Positions 29,470 to 39,068 of a DNA stretch of 64,000 bases are shown piece after piece. The DNA lies in NCBI GenBank assembly GCA_014729775.1, contig WJJJ01000006.1, forward strand, positions 16,694 through 80,693, written 5' to 3'. Made by a program: the position numbers and the translations under genes. This DNA is from Candidatus Omnitrophota bacterium. GTDB taxonomy: Bacteria; Omnitrophota; Gorgyraeia; Duberdicusellales; 4484-171. Under the pieces are notes generated by a model. That model had not been told where the DNA came from and did not search any database. It saw nothing but the letters and a program-made list of their open reading frames with translations. Every line of letters starts with the position of its first letter. The first letter of the stretch is position 1.

Positions 29470-31320
29470 TTACTTCCCTGTCGCTTCTTCCATAATCTCC
29501 GTCATCCGTTTAAAAAACTCCGGCGACGGAGGTCTGTTCTGTTCAAGCGCGAGCGCCCCCTCATACAGCTGAAGGATGTAGTTTTTCAGGCGGGGGTCGT
29601 TACTATCGGCCATGTACAATTTGGAAAGGTTTTTCGTCAGCGGGTGTTCAAGGTTAATCTCCATGATCTTCTTCGATGCGGTAAAATTCTTGTCCATCGC
29701 GGACATGAGCTTCTCCATCTGCGCGTCCATGCCCTTGCTGCCGGCCACCAGCGTCACCGGCGAATCCACCAGCCGTTTCGACGGCCGCACGTCCTCGACC
29801 GTATCGGCCAGCGCGGAACGGAATACTGACAGCAATCCCTTGGATAAACTGTCCTGCGGCGTCTCCACTTTGCTCTCGGCTTCGGCCACATCGGCCTTGT
29901 CCGCCGATTCAAGCTTCTTCTTCTCGTACTCCCCGATCGAGGGCACGATGAACACGTCCACCGGATCGGTCAGGAGAAGGACTTCAATCTCGTTCTTGCG
30001 GAAGTATTCCAGATTCGGGTTGCGTTCCAGCATCTGCCGGTTCTCCCCGGAAAGGTAATAGATCGCTTTCTGATCCGGCTTCATCGCCTCGACGTACTGC
30101 TTCAACGACACCAGCTCCCCGGCGCCGCGTTTTGACGATTCAAACCGCAGCAGTGACAGGATCGTATCGCGGTTCTCGAAATCCACCTGCACACCGGTCT
30201 TAAACAGCGGACCGAACTCGCGGTAGAACTTCTCATACTTCTCCCGGTCGGTCTTAGCCCAATCCTGCAGCATTCCCAGAACCTTGGAAGTGAGCACCTT
30301 GCGGATCCGCGCGGTGGTCGGGCTCGACTGTGTCACCTCGCGTGAAACGTTCAAGGGCAGATCCGGCGTATCCACCACGCCTTTGACGAAGCGCAGATAT
30401 TCGGGCACAAGCGCCTTGGCGTCATCCTGGATCATGATCTTGTTGGCGTAAAGGTGCACTGTCTTCTCGTGCTGATAGCCCCAGGTACTCAGCGGAGCCT
30501 TGCCCGGGATGAACAGCAGCGCTTTGAAATTCACCGTGCCCTCCAGCGACAGGTGCAGATGTCCCATGGGCTCGTCGGTATCGTTGGTCAGGAATTTATA
30601 AAACTCATTGCGTTCGCTTTCCGAGACCTCATCTTTCTTCCGCCGCCACAGCGCCTCCACCGTATTGACTTTTTCATTATTGAGCAGTATCGGGAAATCG
30701 GCGAAATTGGAATAGCGGGTGATGATGCCTTTGACCGCATAGGGCTGGCTGAATTGCTGTGAATTCTCTTTAAGCGTAAATGAAATCTTGGTGCCCTGCG
30801 CTTTGCGGTCGATCTCCTCGACCGTAAACTGCCCGCTGCCTGTCGACGTCCAGCGGAAAGCCCTGCCATCCGGCGCGGCGTGCCGCGTTTCGACCGTCAC
30901 CTCATCGGCGACCATGAATACCGAATAGAACCCGATGCCAAAACGCCCGATCAGGCTCTCCTTATCCGCGCCCTGCCCCTGCTTGACCTGCTCCAAGAAC
31001 TCCAGCGTCCCTGAACGGGCCACCGTGCCCAGGTTATTGATCAGCTCATCCCTGGTCATGCCCACGCCGAAATCCTCAATGGAAAAGGTGTGTTTTTTCT
31101 CATCCACGCTGATGCGAATCTCCGCGGGCAGAGATTCATCGAGTACGGGCTGGCCCGTTGCTTTGCGGAAGCGCAGTTTATTCAGCGCGTCGGAAGAGTT
31201 GGAAATGAGTTCGCGTAAGAATACTTCGGGATGGGTATAGAGTGAATGGGCGATGAGATGAAGCAACTGCTTCATCTCAGCTTTGTATTCGTACGTCTGC
31301 GGCGTCGTCTGGTTACTCAT
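29470..31320 (-). CDS. htpG: Molecular chaperone HtpG (Hsp90)
   Basis: FLRELISNSSDA, IGRFGIGFYS and DLPLNVSRE. Confidence 0.97.
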   Translation of the reverse strand: MSNQTTPQTYEYKAEMKQLLHLIAHSLYTHPEVFLRELISNSSDALNKLRFRKATGQPVLDESLPAEIRISVDEKKHTFSIEDFGVGMTRDELINNLGTVARSGTLEFLEQVKQGQGADKESLIGRFGIGFYSVFMVADEVTVETRHAAPDGRAFRWTSTGSGQFTVEEIDRKAQGTKISFTLKENSQQFSQPYAVKGIITRYSNFADFPILLNNEKVNTVEALWRRKKDEVSESERNEFYKFLTNDTDEPMGHLHLSLEGTVNFKALLFIPGKAPLSTWGYQHEKTVHLYANKIMIQDDAKALVPEYLRFVKGVVDTPDLPLNVSREVTQSSPTTARIRKVLTSKVLGMLQDWAKTDREKYEKFYREFGPLFKTGVQVDFENRDTILSLLRFESSKRGAGELVSLKQYVEAMKPDQKAIYYLSGENRQMLERNPNLEYFRKNEIEVLLLTDPVDVFIVPSIGEYEKKKLESADKADVAEAESKVETPQDSLSKGLLSVFRSALADTVEDVRPSKRLVDSPVTLVAGSKGMDAQMEKLMSAMDKNFTASKKIMEINLEHPLTKNLSKLYMADSNDPRLKNYILQLYEGALALEQNRPPSPEFFKRMTEIMEEATGK

Positions 31321-31371
31321 TGCACACTCCTTTGGTGGTACTTAGTTATCTTACCGAATTTTACCGTTTTT

Positions 31372-31695
31372 TCAACCCCTTTTTGCCTCATCGATCAGCC
31401 GGTTCAGGGTACGGTCATAGCGCGTCAAACACTCATCCATCACCACATCCGGCTCCCGCCCGGCCTCAAGGATCAGCTCAAGACACAGCACGGCCAGATC
31501 CCCGGCCTCGGTGATCCCGTGCGGATCGCCGGCCTCAAGCAGCGCACGGACTTCGTCCACGTGCTTCTCGGCCAGCCGAAGCAGTTTCTGCTCATGCTCC
31601 TTCCCTTTTCCGCCGTTGCAGTGCTGAGAAAGAGAGTGGATGTCCTTCAACCGCTCCTGGGCGTCACTGGTAAATATCGATGGTTGTCGCTCCAT
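31372..31695 (-). CDS. Small all-alpha protein, possibly MazG-like NTP pyrophosphatase
   Basis: Helical protein with DEV...EAGDL motif. Confidence 0.5.
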   Translation of the reverse strand: MERQPSIFTSDAQERLKDIHSLSQHCNGGKGKEHEQKLLRLAEKHVDEVRALLEAGDPHGITEAGDLAVLCLELILEAGREPDVVMDECLTRYDRTLNRLIDEAKRG

Positions 31696-31766
31696 TTGTA
31701 TATCCGGCAGCCTCTCTCGACAGCGGCCACGATGCCTGTTTCGTCCTTCGGCTGCGTGTGCGTGTC

Positions 31767-31945
31767 CGCATATCAGGACATCAGTATATCAGCAGGCAAC
31801 AGATCAATGTATCAGGTGATCAAGAATTATGCGCATGCATCCCGGCCTGCTGCTTCTCCGACACCCTGACTACTACTCCCCTCGTCTGCCGGCCCGCTCT
31901 CTCCGACCCTTCCCTTCCAGGCTTCTTACCTCTTCTTCCCGTCTC
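31767..31945. repeat. Composite ATATCAG-octamer intergenic element, copy A
   Basis: cgcatatcaggacatcagtatatcagc matches the copy at 45240 at 26/27 positions. Confidence 0.75.
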
Positions 31946-32311
31946 TCACGCCGCATAAATAAACACCACGCCCACCGCGCAGGTAACCAACGCGAACACG
32001 CGGATCAACGGATCCGGGCTGCGCTCTATTTTTCCCATTATCGGCTGCAGCCCCCCGGAACGGAGCAGGAGGATCAGGGCGCCTTTGAGTACCGCGATCA
32101 CCCCGAACAGCGTGATCACAAACGACAAGCGGCACTGGGAGGCGGCAAAAAGAAGAAAAATTCCGACGATGAAGGCGATCGGCGCCGACCACAGGATCCG
32201 ATTACCCCGCTGCCAGAACACCAGCCACCGCCGCAAAATCTGAGGCCGGATGAGGTAGGCAACTCCCTCGGCCATGAATACAATACCCAGGAGTTTGACG
32301 ATTTCGGACAT
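31946..32311 (-). CDS. DUF2065-like small membrane protein
   Basis: LGIVFMAEGVAYLIRP N-terminus and four TM helices. Confidence 0.65.
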   Translation of the reverse strand: MSEIVKLLGIVFMAEGVAYLIRPQILRRWLVFWQRGNRILWSAPIAFIVGIFLLFAASQCRLSFVITLFGVIAVLKGALILLLRSGGLQPIMGKIERSPDPLIRVFALVTCAVGVVFIYAA

Positions 32312-32362
32312 ATCTCCCCCTTTTTTTTAACCCTAAACGCTAAATCCTCCACAAAGAAAAGT

Positions 32363-32527
32363 AAATCAGGATATCAGTTTATCGGAAACCATGAAAGTGT
32401 ATGCCGCAATGCGGTTTATCTGATAAACTCCCCACCCATATCCTGTGATACTGATATACTGTATCTCTCCTTTACTTCTTGCCTCTTACCTCTTCCCCTC
32501 CGGAATCAAGGATCCCGGATCGAAGAA
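32363..32527. repeat. Composite ATATCAG-octamer intergenic element, copy D
   Basis: aaatcaggatatcagtttatcgg ... ctgtgatactgatatac, then ttacttc/ttgcctc/ttacctc and ggaatcaaggatcccggatcg. Confidence 0.65.
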
Positions 32528-33028
32528 CTACGTCGAGAATGTTCCTGTATGCATTACCTCTTCCACGCTCCTTTTTTCGTGCGGATGGAAACCTTCTTTG
32601 GGATAACCGAGAGAGATCAGGCTCACCAGCTTATACCCGGAAGGTACCTCCATCAATTCCAGGATATGGTCGGCGTATTCTTTTTTATCGCCGGCGATCC
32701 AGCAGGACCCGATGCCCAGCGCCCGCGCAGCCAGCAGAAGCTGGGTCGTCGCGGCACTGCCGTCTTCAAGGTAATACTTGGTGATCTTGCTCACCACGAT
32801 GACGCATGCCGCGGCGCCAGCCAGGAACTTGCCGTTGGGGCAGATCTTCCCCAGTTCTTTCAAACGGCCCGCATCCGTGATTACGATAAACTCCCACGGC
32901 TGTTCGCCCCGCGCGGTCGGCGCCAGACGCGCCGCGTCGATCATCCTGTGAAATGCGGGCGTCTCGATCGGCTTATCTTCATACTCTCTCACGCTGCAGC
33001 GATTTTTCACGGTTTCAAAAAACTCCAT
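32528..33028 (-). CDS. Nitroreductase family protein
   Basis: RCSVREY, APTARGEQPWEF, LGIGSCW and LGYP. Confidence 0.93.
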   Translation of the reverse strand: MEFFETVKNRCSVREYEDKPIETPAFHRMIDAARLAPTARGEQPWEFIVITDAGRLKELGKICPNGKFLAGAAACVIVVSKITKYYLEDGSAATTQLLLAARALGIGSCWIAGDKKEYADHILELMEVPSGYKLVSLISLGYPKEGFHPHEKRSVEEVMHTGTFST

Positions 33029-33033
33029 ACAAA

Positions 33034-33735
33034 TTATCCTCCTTTCTCACCCCAAAACAGATGCGCGACACCGGGAAACAAGACCCTGCGGCCGGCGCGC
33101 AGCGCCCGGGCCTGTAATAATCCTTCCATTACTTTATCCGGAGACAAAAACGTTTCGATTGAGGCACCTAAATAACGGTACGCCCGGCAGCGTCCGCCGA
33201 ACATCCTTACCGCGGCCGGGATCACGCCGAGATAGCGGCGGTACAATCCATGAATCATGCCCGTTTGCGGCGGGCACAGCTCCAGTATCCCCAGCCGACC
33301 GCCGGGCTGCAGTACCCGCACGCATTCGCGCAACGCGTCCACCGGCCGTGCGATATTACGCAGGCCGAAGGCCATGCTCACCGCGTCAAAAGAACAATCG
33401 GCAAACGGCAACGCGCAGGCATCGCCCCATATCCAGCATACGTGTATTTTCCCGCGGGAAGTTTTTTCCGCGGCTTTATCCAGCATTGCCTGGGTAAAGT
33501 CAAGGCCGGTTACCTCAGCACCCCGCCGCGCGCAGGCAATCGCTACATCACCACTGCCGCAGCAAACATCGAGCACCCGGCTTCCCCGACCGATCCGGAG
33601 TTCGTTAATCAGTGCCCGGCGCCAGAAACGGTCGAGATTGGCGCTCAGCAAATGATTGAAAAAATCATAACGGCCGCTTACCGAGGAAAACATCCGCCGG
33701 ATCTTTTCCGGACTTTTGCCTTCACTCACCGGCAT
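33034..33735 (-). CDS. ubiE: UbiE/MenG family methyltransferase
   Basis: MFSSVSGRYDFFNHLLS, LDVCCGSGD, FGLRN and YRYLGASIETF. Confidence 0.88.
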   Translation of the reverse strand: MPVSEGKSPEKIRRMFSSVSGRYDFFNHLLSANLDRFWRRALINELRIGRGSRVLDVCCGSGDVAIACARRGAEVTGLDFTQAMLDKAAEKTSRGKIHVCWIWGDACALPFADCSFDAVSMAFGLRNIARPVDALRECVRVLQPGGRLGILELCPPQTGMIHGLYRRYLGVIPAAVRMFGGRCRAYRYLGASIETFLSPDKVMEGLLQARALRAGRRVLFPGVAHLFWGEKGG

Positions 33736-34117
33736 GCGCCCGGATCATATCCGCCACGGCTGACAGAGCTTCCTGATCCGCCTCTTTGGCGTGGGCAAAA
33801 TTCAAATCCGCGATGGCTTTTATCGGCACCAGATGCACATGCGCGTGAGGCACCTCCAGTCCCGCGACCATCACTCCGATCCGCTCGCACTCCACTGCCT
33901 GTTCGATCATCCGCGCAACCCGCTTAGCGAACACCGTCAGATCGCCCAGTAATTGATCATCGAGATCGAACAGGTAATCGATCTCCTGCTTAGGGATGAC
34001 CAGGGTGTGGCCGGGATTGATCGGCCGAATATCGAGAAACGCCAGAAAACGGTCATCCTCGAGGATTTTATGACAGGGGACCTCACCGTTGATTATTTTC
34101 GCAAACAAACTGGGCAT
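33722..34117 (-). CDS. HIT family hydrolase
   Basis: GHTLVIPK and VPHAHVHLVP. ATG 34117 behind AGGAGG. Confidence 0.93.
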   Translation of the reverse strand: MPSLFAKIINGEVPCHKILEDDRFLAFLDIRPINPGHTLVIPKQEIDYLFDLDDQLLGDLTVFAKRVARMIEQAVECERIGVMVAGLEVPHAHVHLVPIKAIADLNFAHAKEADQEALSAVADMIRAHAGE

Positions 34118-34153
34118 GTTTCCTCCTTTTATCAATCCCTTTGTTACTTGTAT

Positions 34154-34594
34154 TCAAATATCCCGGGGGCATTTTCTCTTACATAGATTATCGACCGAAT
34201 AGGTATTGCACTCGACGTAAAAGAGCAGGAAGAAGAAATACAGCGCGTAGACCATCAGCAAACCTACCACGCCCCAGTCCTGCACCAGTCCCTTGCCGAA
34301 AACAAACGCAGCCATGAGCAGGATGCCGGCGGCCGACGCCGGAACAGTAGCCGCGCCCAGGATAAGCAAGAGACCGATCAGCGCTTCGAGCGGAGGCACG
34401 CTATAAGCGAATATCCTGACCAGGCCGGCCGGTAAAACCGTACCTTCGTAATCGCCGGCCATCTTTTCGGCGAACGGTTCGAGATTGGAGCCGAGCCGTA
34501 CCAGGCCGTGAATCAACATGTTCACGCCCATGGTGAAACGCAGAAGCAGGTAGGCGAAGGACTTGGTATTGTTCATAGACTTTATTTCAGTCAT
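34154..34594 (-). CDS. DoxX family membrane protein
   Basis: LLRFTMGVNMLIHG, EALIGLLLILG and YSVD. Confidence 0.85.
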   Translation of the reverse strand: MTEIKSMNNTKSFAYLLLRFTMGVNMLIHGLVRLGSNLEPFAEKMAGDYEGTVLPAGLVRIFAYSVPPLEALIGLLLILGAATVPASAAGILLMAAFVFGKGLVQDWGVVGLLMVYALYFFFLLFYVECNTYSVDNLCKRKCPRDI

Positions 34595-34706
34595 CGGATC
34601 GTTATTCCTGGACCACTGCTCCCGGCCCGACCTTTTTCCGTGAAACCGGACGCGCCGGCGTTGGTCCCCTCTCTTCCGTCAAGGATCAAGAACCCCGGAT
34701 CCGGAA

Positions 34707-35609
34707 TTAGAATGCTCTGTCCGATATCCGTTCACCCGGCCAGGTGCTCACGCCAAAATTATCTGCGAACCACATCACGATGCTGCGCCAGTTATCCCAG
34801 AACATCGTCATGGGAATAGTGTGGCCGTAACCCTTATCTACTTCGTAGGTAAACGACTTTCCGTATTCTTCATACCAGGATTTCAGCCTGCGCAGGGTTT
34901 TTATGGAGTTGTCCTTGCTGCCGCTGCGGAAATACATCTTGGGCAGACGCGACGCGTGAAACTTGGTAAAACCCGGGGGGAAGTATCCGGCACTAATCGC
35001 GAGCAGTTTGATCCGCGGATCGCGAGAGGCCACCTGCAGGGCGACGGTCCCGCCGAGCGAGTATCCCACCATCCCGATTTTGTCTTCGTCCGCATTGGGA
35101 ATCGACTGGGCAAAATCGATCGCTTTGACGAATGTCCGCACCCACATCGGTTGGGAACTTTCAAAATAATGGACGTTGACCGCGATAATCCCCTGGTTCA
35201 TTAAGTCGTAACCGAAGCGGCGATAACGCGAGGCACGCTTGCCCGTGATTCCGGCCGACCCGTGGATCACCAGCACCACGGGAGAACCAGGACGGCCGGG
35301 GTTGTAGACATCTACCTTTACCCGCTTGTTGCCCAGAGTGAGATATTCGGTGGATTCTCCCATGGAAACCGCTTCGCCCTGATCGATCGCTTCCCCGTGC
35401 TCTCCGCTCCCGGCGCCTTCAATCGATTCAATATCCGATTTCCAGTAGGTCAGCGGCACCCCGGATATTTCAATCTTCACGTACTCCCCGGTCTGCTCGA
35501 CAATCTTCCCCCGCACTTCGTTCCCGTTCTTGAGCACGAGGGTTTCAGCACAGAGCGCGAACGGAAGAAAAAAAAGAAAAGATAAGCTGAGCGTGAATAC
35601 CTTCTTCAT
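34707..35609 (-). CDS. Secreted alpha/beta hydrolase (dienelactone hydrolase-like) with shared N-terminal module; paralog of 15939-16838
   Basis: IHGSAG, GYSLGG, GSKD and GH. Module VLKNGNEVRG...TYWKSDIESI. Confidence 0.82.
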   Translation of the reverse strand: MKKVFTLSLSFLFFLPFALCAETLVLKNGNEVRGKIVEQTGEYVKIEISGVPLTYWKSDIESIEGAGSGEHGEAIDQGEAVSMGESTEYLTLGNKRVKVDVYNPGRPGSPVVLVIHGSAGITGKRASRYRRFGYDLMNQGIIAVNVHYFESSQPMWVRTFVKAIDFAQSIPNADEDKIGMVGYSLGGTVALQVASRDPRIKLLAISAGYFPPGFTKFHASRLPKMYFRSGSKDNSIKTLRRLKSWYEEYGKSFTYEVDKGYGHTIPMTMFWDNWRSIVMWFADNFGVSTWPGERISDRAF

Positions 35610-35681
35610 CTTACAATTTCACCGCACATCCCGCACCCGGAATCAAGAATCCAGAATCGAAACGATCCTGCCGCCTCCCCC

Positions 35682-36542
35682 TCATCTCAAACCCTCCAGA
35701 ACTCTCCCTATCACATCCGGTTTGTTCAGCGTAAAAAAATGCAGGCGTTCAAATCCATGCTGTTGCAAATCCCGGCACTGGGCGATAGTAAATTCAATTC
35801 CCCGCTGTTTCATTTCATCCGGTTTATCACGCAGACCTCCTAATTGTTCTTCGGTCCGCGCCGGAATCGTCGCTTTGCATACCGAAGCGAATTTCTTCAC
35901 TTTAGAAATATCGGTCAGAGGAAGGATCCCGGGCAGAATGGGAATATTCACTCCCCGCGCGCGCAGGGTATCATGAAAGCGGTAGAAGTAGGAATTGTCA
36001 AAAAACATCTGGGTCACCGCAAATTTTGCCCCAGCGTTGATCTTGGCAATCGTATGCTCGATGTCACGGTCGAATGATGCCGACTCGATATGACCTTCCG
36101 GATACACCGCCACGCCCATGCAAAAATCTCCCCGCTCGCGGATGAACCGCACCAGGTCCACCGCGTAGGAAAACTCCTGGCCCAGGAAATTGAACCCCTC
36201 CACTCCTTCCGGCGGATCGCCGCGCAGAGCCATGATGTTCTCGATACCGCGAGTGCGGTATCCATCCAGCACGCGAGTGATATCACTGCCCGCAGCCTGC
36301 AGCGAGGTAAGATGCGGCATTACCGTGAAATCACTCTCGCGCAGGAGAATGTCCACAGCGTCCAGTGTTTTGTCCTGGCTGCTGCCACCGGCGCCGCAGG
36401 TCATGGATACGTAGAGCGGATCATAGTTCTCCAGCAGCCGTAGATTATTCCGTAACGTCCGGGCGCCCTTTTCGGTCCGCGGAGGAAAGAATTCGAACGA
36501 ATAACCAGATGACCGCTGAGAAAGGATCTGGGAAATTTTCAT
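35682..36542 (-). CDS. metF: 5,10-methylenetetrahydrofolate reductase
   Basis: SFEFFPP, ALRGDPP, YPEGH, TQMFFD and HFFTLN. Start placed at ATG 36542. Confidence 0.95.
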   Translation of the reverse strand: MKISQILSQRSSGYSFEFFPPRTEKGARTLRNNLRLLENYDPLYVSMTCGAGGSSQDKTLDAVDILLRESDFTVMPHLTSLQAAGSDITRVLDGYRTRGIENIMALRGDPPEGVEGFNFLGQEFSYAVDLVRFIRERGDFCMGVAVYPEGHIESASFDRDIEHTIAKINAGAKFAVTQMFFDNSYFYRFHDTLRARGVNIPILPGILPLTDISKVKKFASVCKATIPARTEEQLGGLRDKPDEMKQRGIEFTIAQCRDLQQHGFERLHFFTLNKPDVIGRVLEGLR

Positions 36543-36549
36543 ATGGGAC

Positions 36550-36558
36550 ATTATATCA
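36550..36558 (-). promoter_or_regulatory. Extended -10 promoter (TGATATAAT), 7 nt before metF ATG
   Basis: Minus strand reads TGATATAATgtcccatATG with no Shine-Dalgarno. Confidence 0.65.
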
Positions 36559-36600
36559 AACAATCCCTGTTTTCTAAGTGGTTTTTAGGGATAACCGCGA

Positions 36601-37005
36601 TCAAAACTCCCGGAATCCGGTAAAGCGGGCATCCTGCCTCTTCTCCAGCATCCCCCGAAACCTGTACTTCAGCCAGCGCTTCAGCACCTGACGGGTCACG
36701 GGAATCAGTCCCAGGAATCCGAGGATATCGGTAAGGATCCCGGGTGTAAGCAGAACGACTCCGCTGGCGAGCACGATCACCCCCTCCAGCATCCGTTCAG
36801 CCGGCATGATACCCTGGTCCAGCTCCCGGCGGATATCGCGGATCAAAATGAATCCCTGCGCCCGCGCCAGGTAGGCGCCGCATACGCCGGTCACGATCAC
36901 CAGCAAGACCGTATTCAGCGTACCGATATACTGACCGATCTGGATCAGCAGAGCCAGTTCGATCAGGGGCACTAGAGTAAACAGCAGTAAAAGGTATCCA
37001 AACAT
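36601..37005 (-). CDS. fxsA: FxsA family membrane protein
   Basis: PLIELALLI, LARAQG and LLTPGILTDILG. Confidence 0.92.
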   Translation of the reverse strand: MFGYLLLLFTLVPLIELALLIQIGQYIGTLNTVLLVIVTGVCGAYLARAQGFILIRDIRRELDQGIMPAERMLEGVIVLASGVVLLTPGILTDILGFLGLIPVTRQVLKRWLKYRFRGMLEKRQDARFTGFREF

Positions 37006-37195
37006 AAAGACTCCTTTCCGCGTAATGGGGGGCCGCGTCCTTCAATCACGGTTACGGAACCCGTTTCAGTTATGCACAGTGGCAACCACGCGCATACACA
37101 TAAAGAACAAACTACTTCTCTCATTATTGTACACGGATTCCGGTCTCGTTCAACCGCGGATAGAGAAAAAGGAAAGGATGCGTGACGGGAATGGT

Positions 37196-37810
37196 TCAAC
37201 TCACGGGTTTCTTGCGGGCAGAACCCGGACGGCGGCGAAGCTCGTTGACTTCCCGCCGGAGCGTTTGCACCGTCCGTTCGAGATGCGCACCGTACAATTC
37301 GGCTTCGGCGCGGGACTGACTCACGGAGGAAAGCGCAGATTCAGCTTTGTTACGCCGGAGCCGTTCATTCCGGGCGCGCGCATGATCGGATATGTTCCGG
37401 ATCACCCCCACGATAAACTTTCGGCCCTGCTCATCGATATACAACGTTTTTTTAGTCACGATCGTGTGGGTAATTCCCTGCCGGTCGGTAAACTCTTCCT
37501 CGTTGATATTGGACCGGCCGCTTTCAAACACTGCCTCATCCTGCTCATAAAAAACTCCCGCTTCTTCGGCCGGAAAATAATCATAATCGGTCCTTCCCAG
37601 CAGTTCCTTGAGGTCAAATCCCATAAACCGGCAATAGGCCCTGTTTAAAAACACCCAGCGGTGCGCCCGGTCTTTGACAAATACCGGATCGGCAATACTG
37701 TTGACTACATTTCGGAAAAAAGAGGAATTTTCTTCGGGAGAAACAACGGCGGCAACCGGAGAAGTCTTTCCTCGAAAAACCTTCTTCGGTTCTATTTTTT
37801 GTTTTTTCAT
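37196..37810 (-). CDS. Stand-alone PAS domain protein with C-terminal coiled coil
   Basis: DPVFVKDRAHRWVFLNRAYC...GRTDYD...GVIRNIS. No output domain. Confidence 0.8.
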   Translation of the reverse strand: MKKQKIEPKKVFRGKTSPVAAVVSPEENSSFFRNVVNSIADPVFVKDRAHRWVFLNRAYCRFMGFDLKELLGRTDYDYFPAEEAGVFYEQDEAVFESGRSNINEEEFTDRQGITHTIVTKKTLYIDEQGRKFIVGVIRNISDHARARNERLRRNKAESALSSVSQSRAEAELYGAHLERTVQTLRREVNELRRRPGSARKKPVS

Positions 37811-37925
37811 CGTGAATGGACTGTCTGTGAACAGACAGCCGTTTTTTTCCGCGGCGGGAATTTGTCCCCGCGTCTACACGGATTTATCTTACTCCCTGAG
37901 GGAATATTGTCAAGACATATATTGA

Positions 37926-39068
37926 CTAGGAGAATTCCTGAAAAAGGTGGGCGAACGACACCCCGCACACCTCCCCGGCCCAGTACTGAGAGGTCACGTT
38001 CTGCATCGCTTCGAATAAATCCTCGTTCTGGATCCCGTTCTTCACCGAAAGATACGCCTCCACGAACGCGCAGAGATTATCCACCGCCTTGACCAGACTG
38101 CCGCTTTTGTACATTTCTCCTTTTTCGTCTTTAAGATCGGTAAATTCGCTCTCGGTATACATCCGCAGCTGCGCCTGCCACCGCTCGGGAATAAGCGTGT
38201 AAATCTTATTTTCCATCTCCTCCCGTTCGTACTCCTTGATAATGTCGCTTAACCCCTCCACCGACCGCTTTACCGGATTGATCACGTCGCGGGTAAGCAC
38301 CTCGGGAAGGTCGTGGAATAGTCCGGTGAAATAATTATTGGCACACTGCTCCCGGTTGGCGTTCACTTGCAGGGAAAACAAATAGGTCAGCATCGCGACC
38401 AGCAGCATGTGTCCCAGCACGGCGGTGCGCGGCACCCGGTGCAGATGGCTCCAGCGCACCTGAAACCGGAGCTGGCCACAGATGTTGACGAAATGCCGCA
38501 GCTTCTGGGAAAAAAGAAACTGCTGCATGCTTTTCAAATCGCCGTATTTTTCCTGCTTGGATCGGATATCCCTGCGGATCTCGCCGATACCGTATCCGGC
38601 CGGATTGGCGCGTTCGATAATATCAAATTCCCATTTGGTCGCGTAGAAATGGGCCGCGCTGATTATCCGCCGGTTGACGTTGCGTTCCCGGTCAAGCAGA
38701 TAATCCCGGAACCGCGTGCAGAAATCAGGTCCCAGCGGCGCGATGACCTCGTGAATCCGCTCATAGGCCCACTGGTTCAGCTGAACATATTTATCCCAGT
38801 CCTCTTTAATCCGGTGAAAAAGCGGAGGCTTGAGATCGGTCAGGACGGTACGCTGGAGATATTCGAAAATCCCCGCTTCGATGATCTGAATCCAGTCAAA
38901 CTCATCTGAAGTGCCTAGATCCTCCTCGAATTTCCCCAGCACAAACGCAATGATCATTTTATGCGCCTGCTTGTCCAGCTCGGTGAGTTCAACGGTCCGG
39001 ATCTGATCATTCCAGCGCTGCATGCTCGCCGCTTCGAATAATTTTAATAACAGAGGTTTATGAACCAT
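37926..39068 (-). CDS. Tandem HD-domain protein (YfbR-like)
   Basis: MQRWND repeat in the N-half. QVRWS...VLGH...LFHDLPEVLTRD and KAVD in the C-half. Confidence 0.85.
   Translation of the reverse strand: MVHKPLLLKLFEAASMQRWNDQIRTVELTELDKQAHKMIIAFVLGKFEEDLGTSDEFDWIQIIEAGIFEYLQRTVLTDLKPPLFHRIKEDWDKYVQLNQWAYERIHEVIAPLGPDFCTRFRDYLLDRERNVNRRIISAAHFYATKWEFDIIERANPAGYGIGEIRRDIRSKQEKYGDLKSMQQFLFSQKLRHFVNICGQLRFQVRWSHLHRVPRTAVLGHMLLVAMLTYLFSLQVNANREQCANNYFTGLFHDLPEVLTRDVINPVKRSVEGLSDIIKEYEREEMENKIYTLIPERWQAQLRMYTESEFTDLKDEKGEMYKSGSLVKAVDNLCAFVEAYLSVKNGIQNEDLFEAMQNVTSQYWAGEVCGVSFAHLFQEFS

Noticed and set aside
31829-33175. 448-aa + strand ORF
   Set aside because: Runs antisense across two clear minus-strand genes and repeat DNA, with no domain signal.
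15939-35609. Diversity-generating retroelement TR/VR pair between the hydrolase paralogs
   Set aside because: Differences are spread over all bases rather than adenine-specific, and there is no reverse transcriptase.
37006-37195. SAM riboswitch upstream of fxsA-metF
   Set aside because: Small hairpins are present but no SAM-I/II consensus, and metF appears to have its own promoter.
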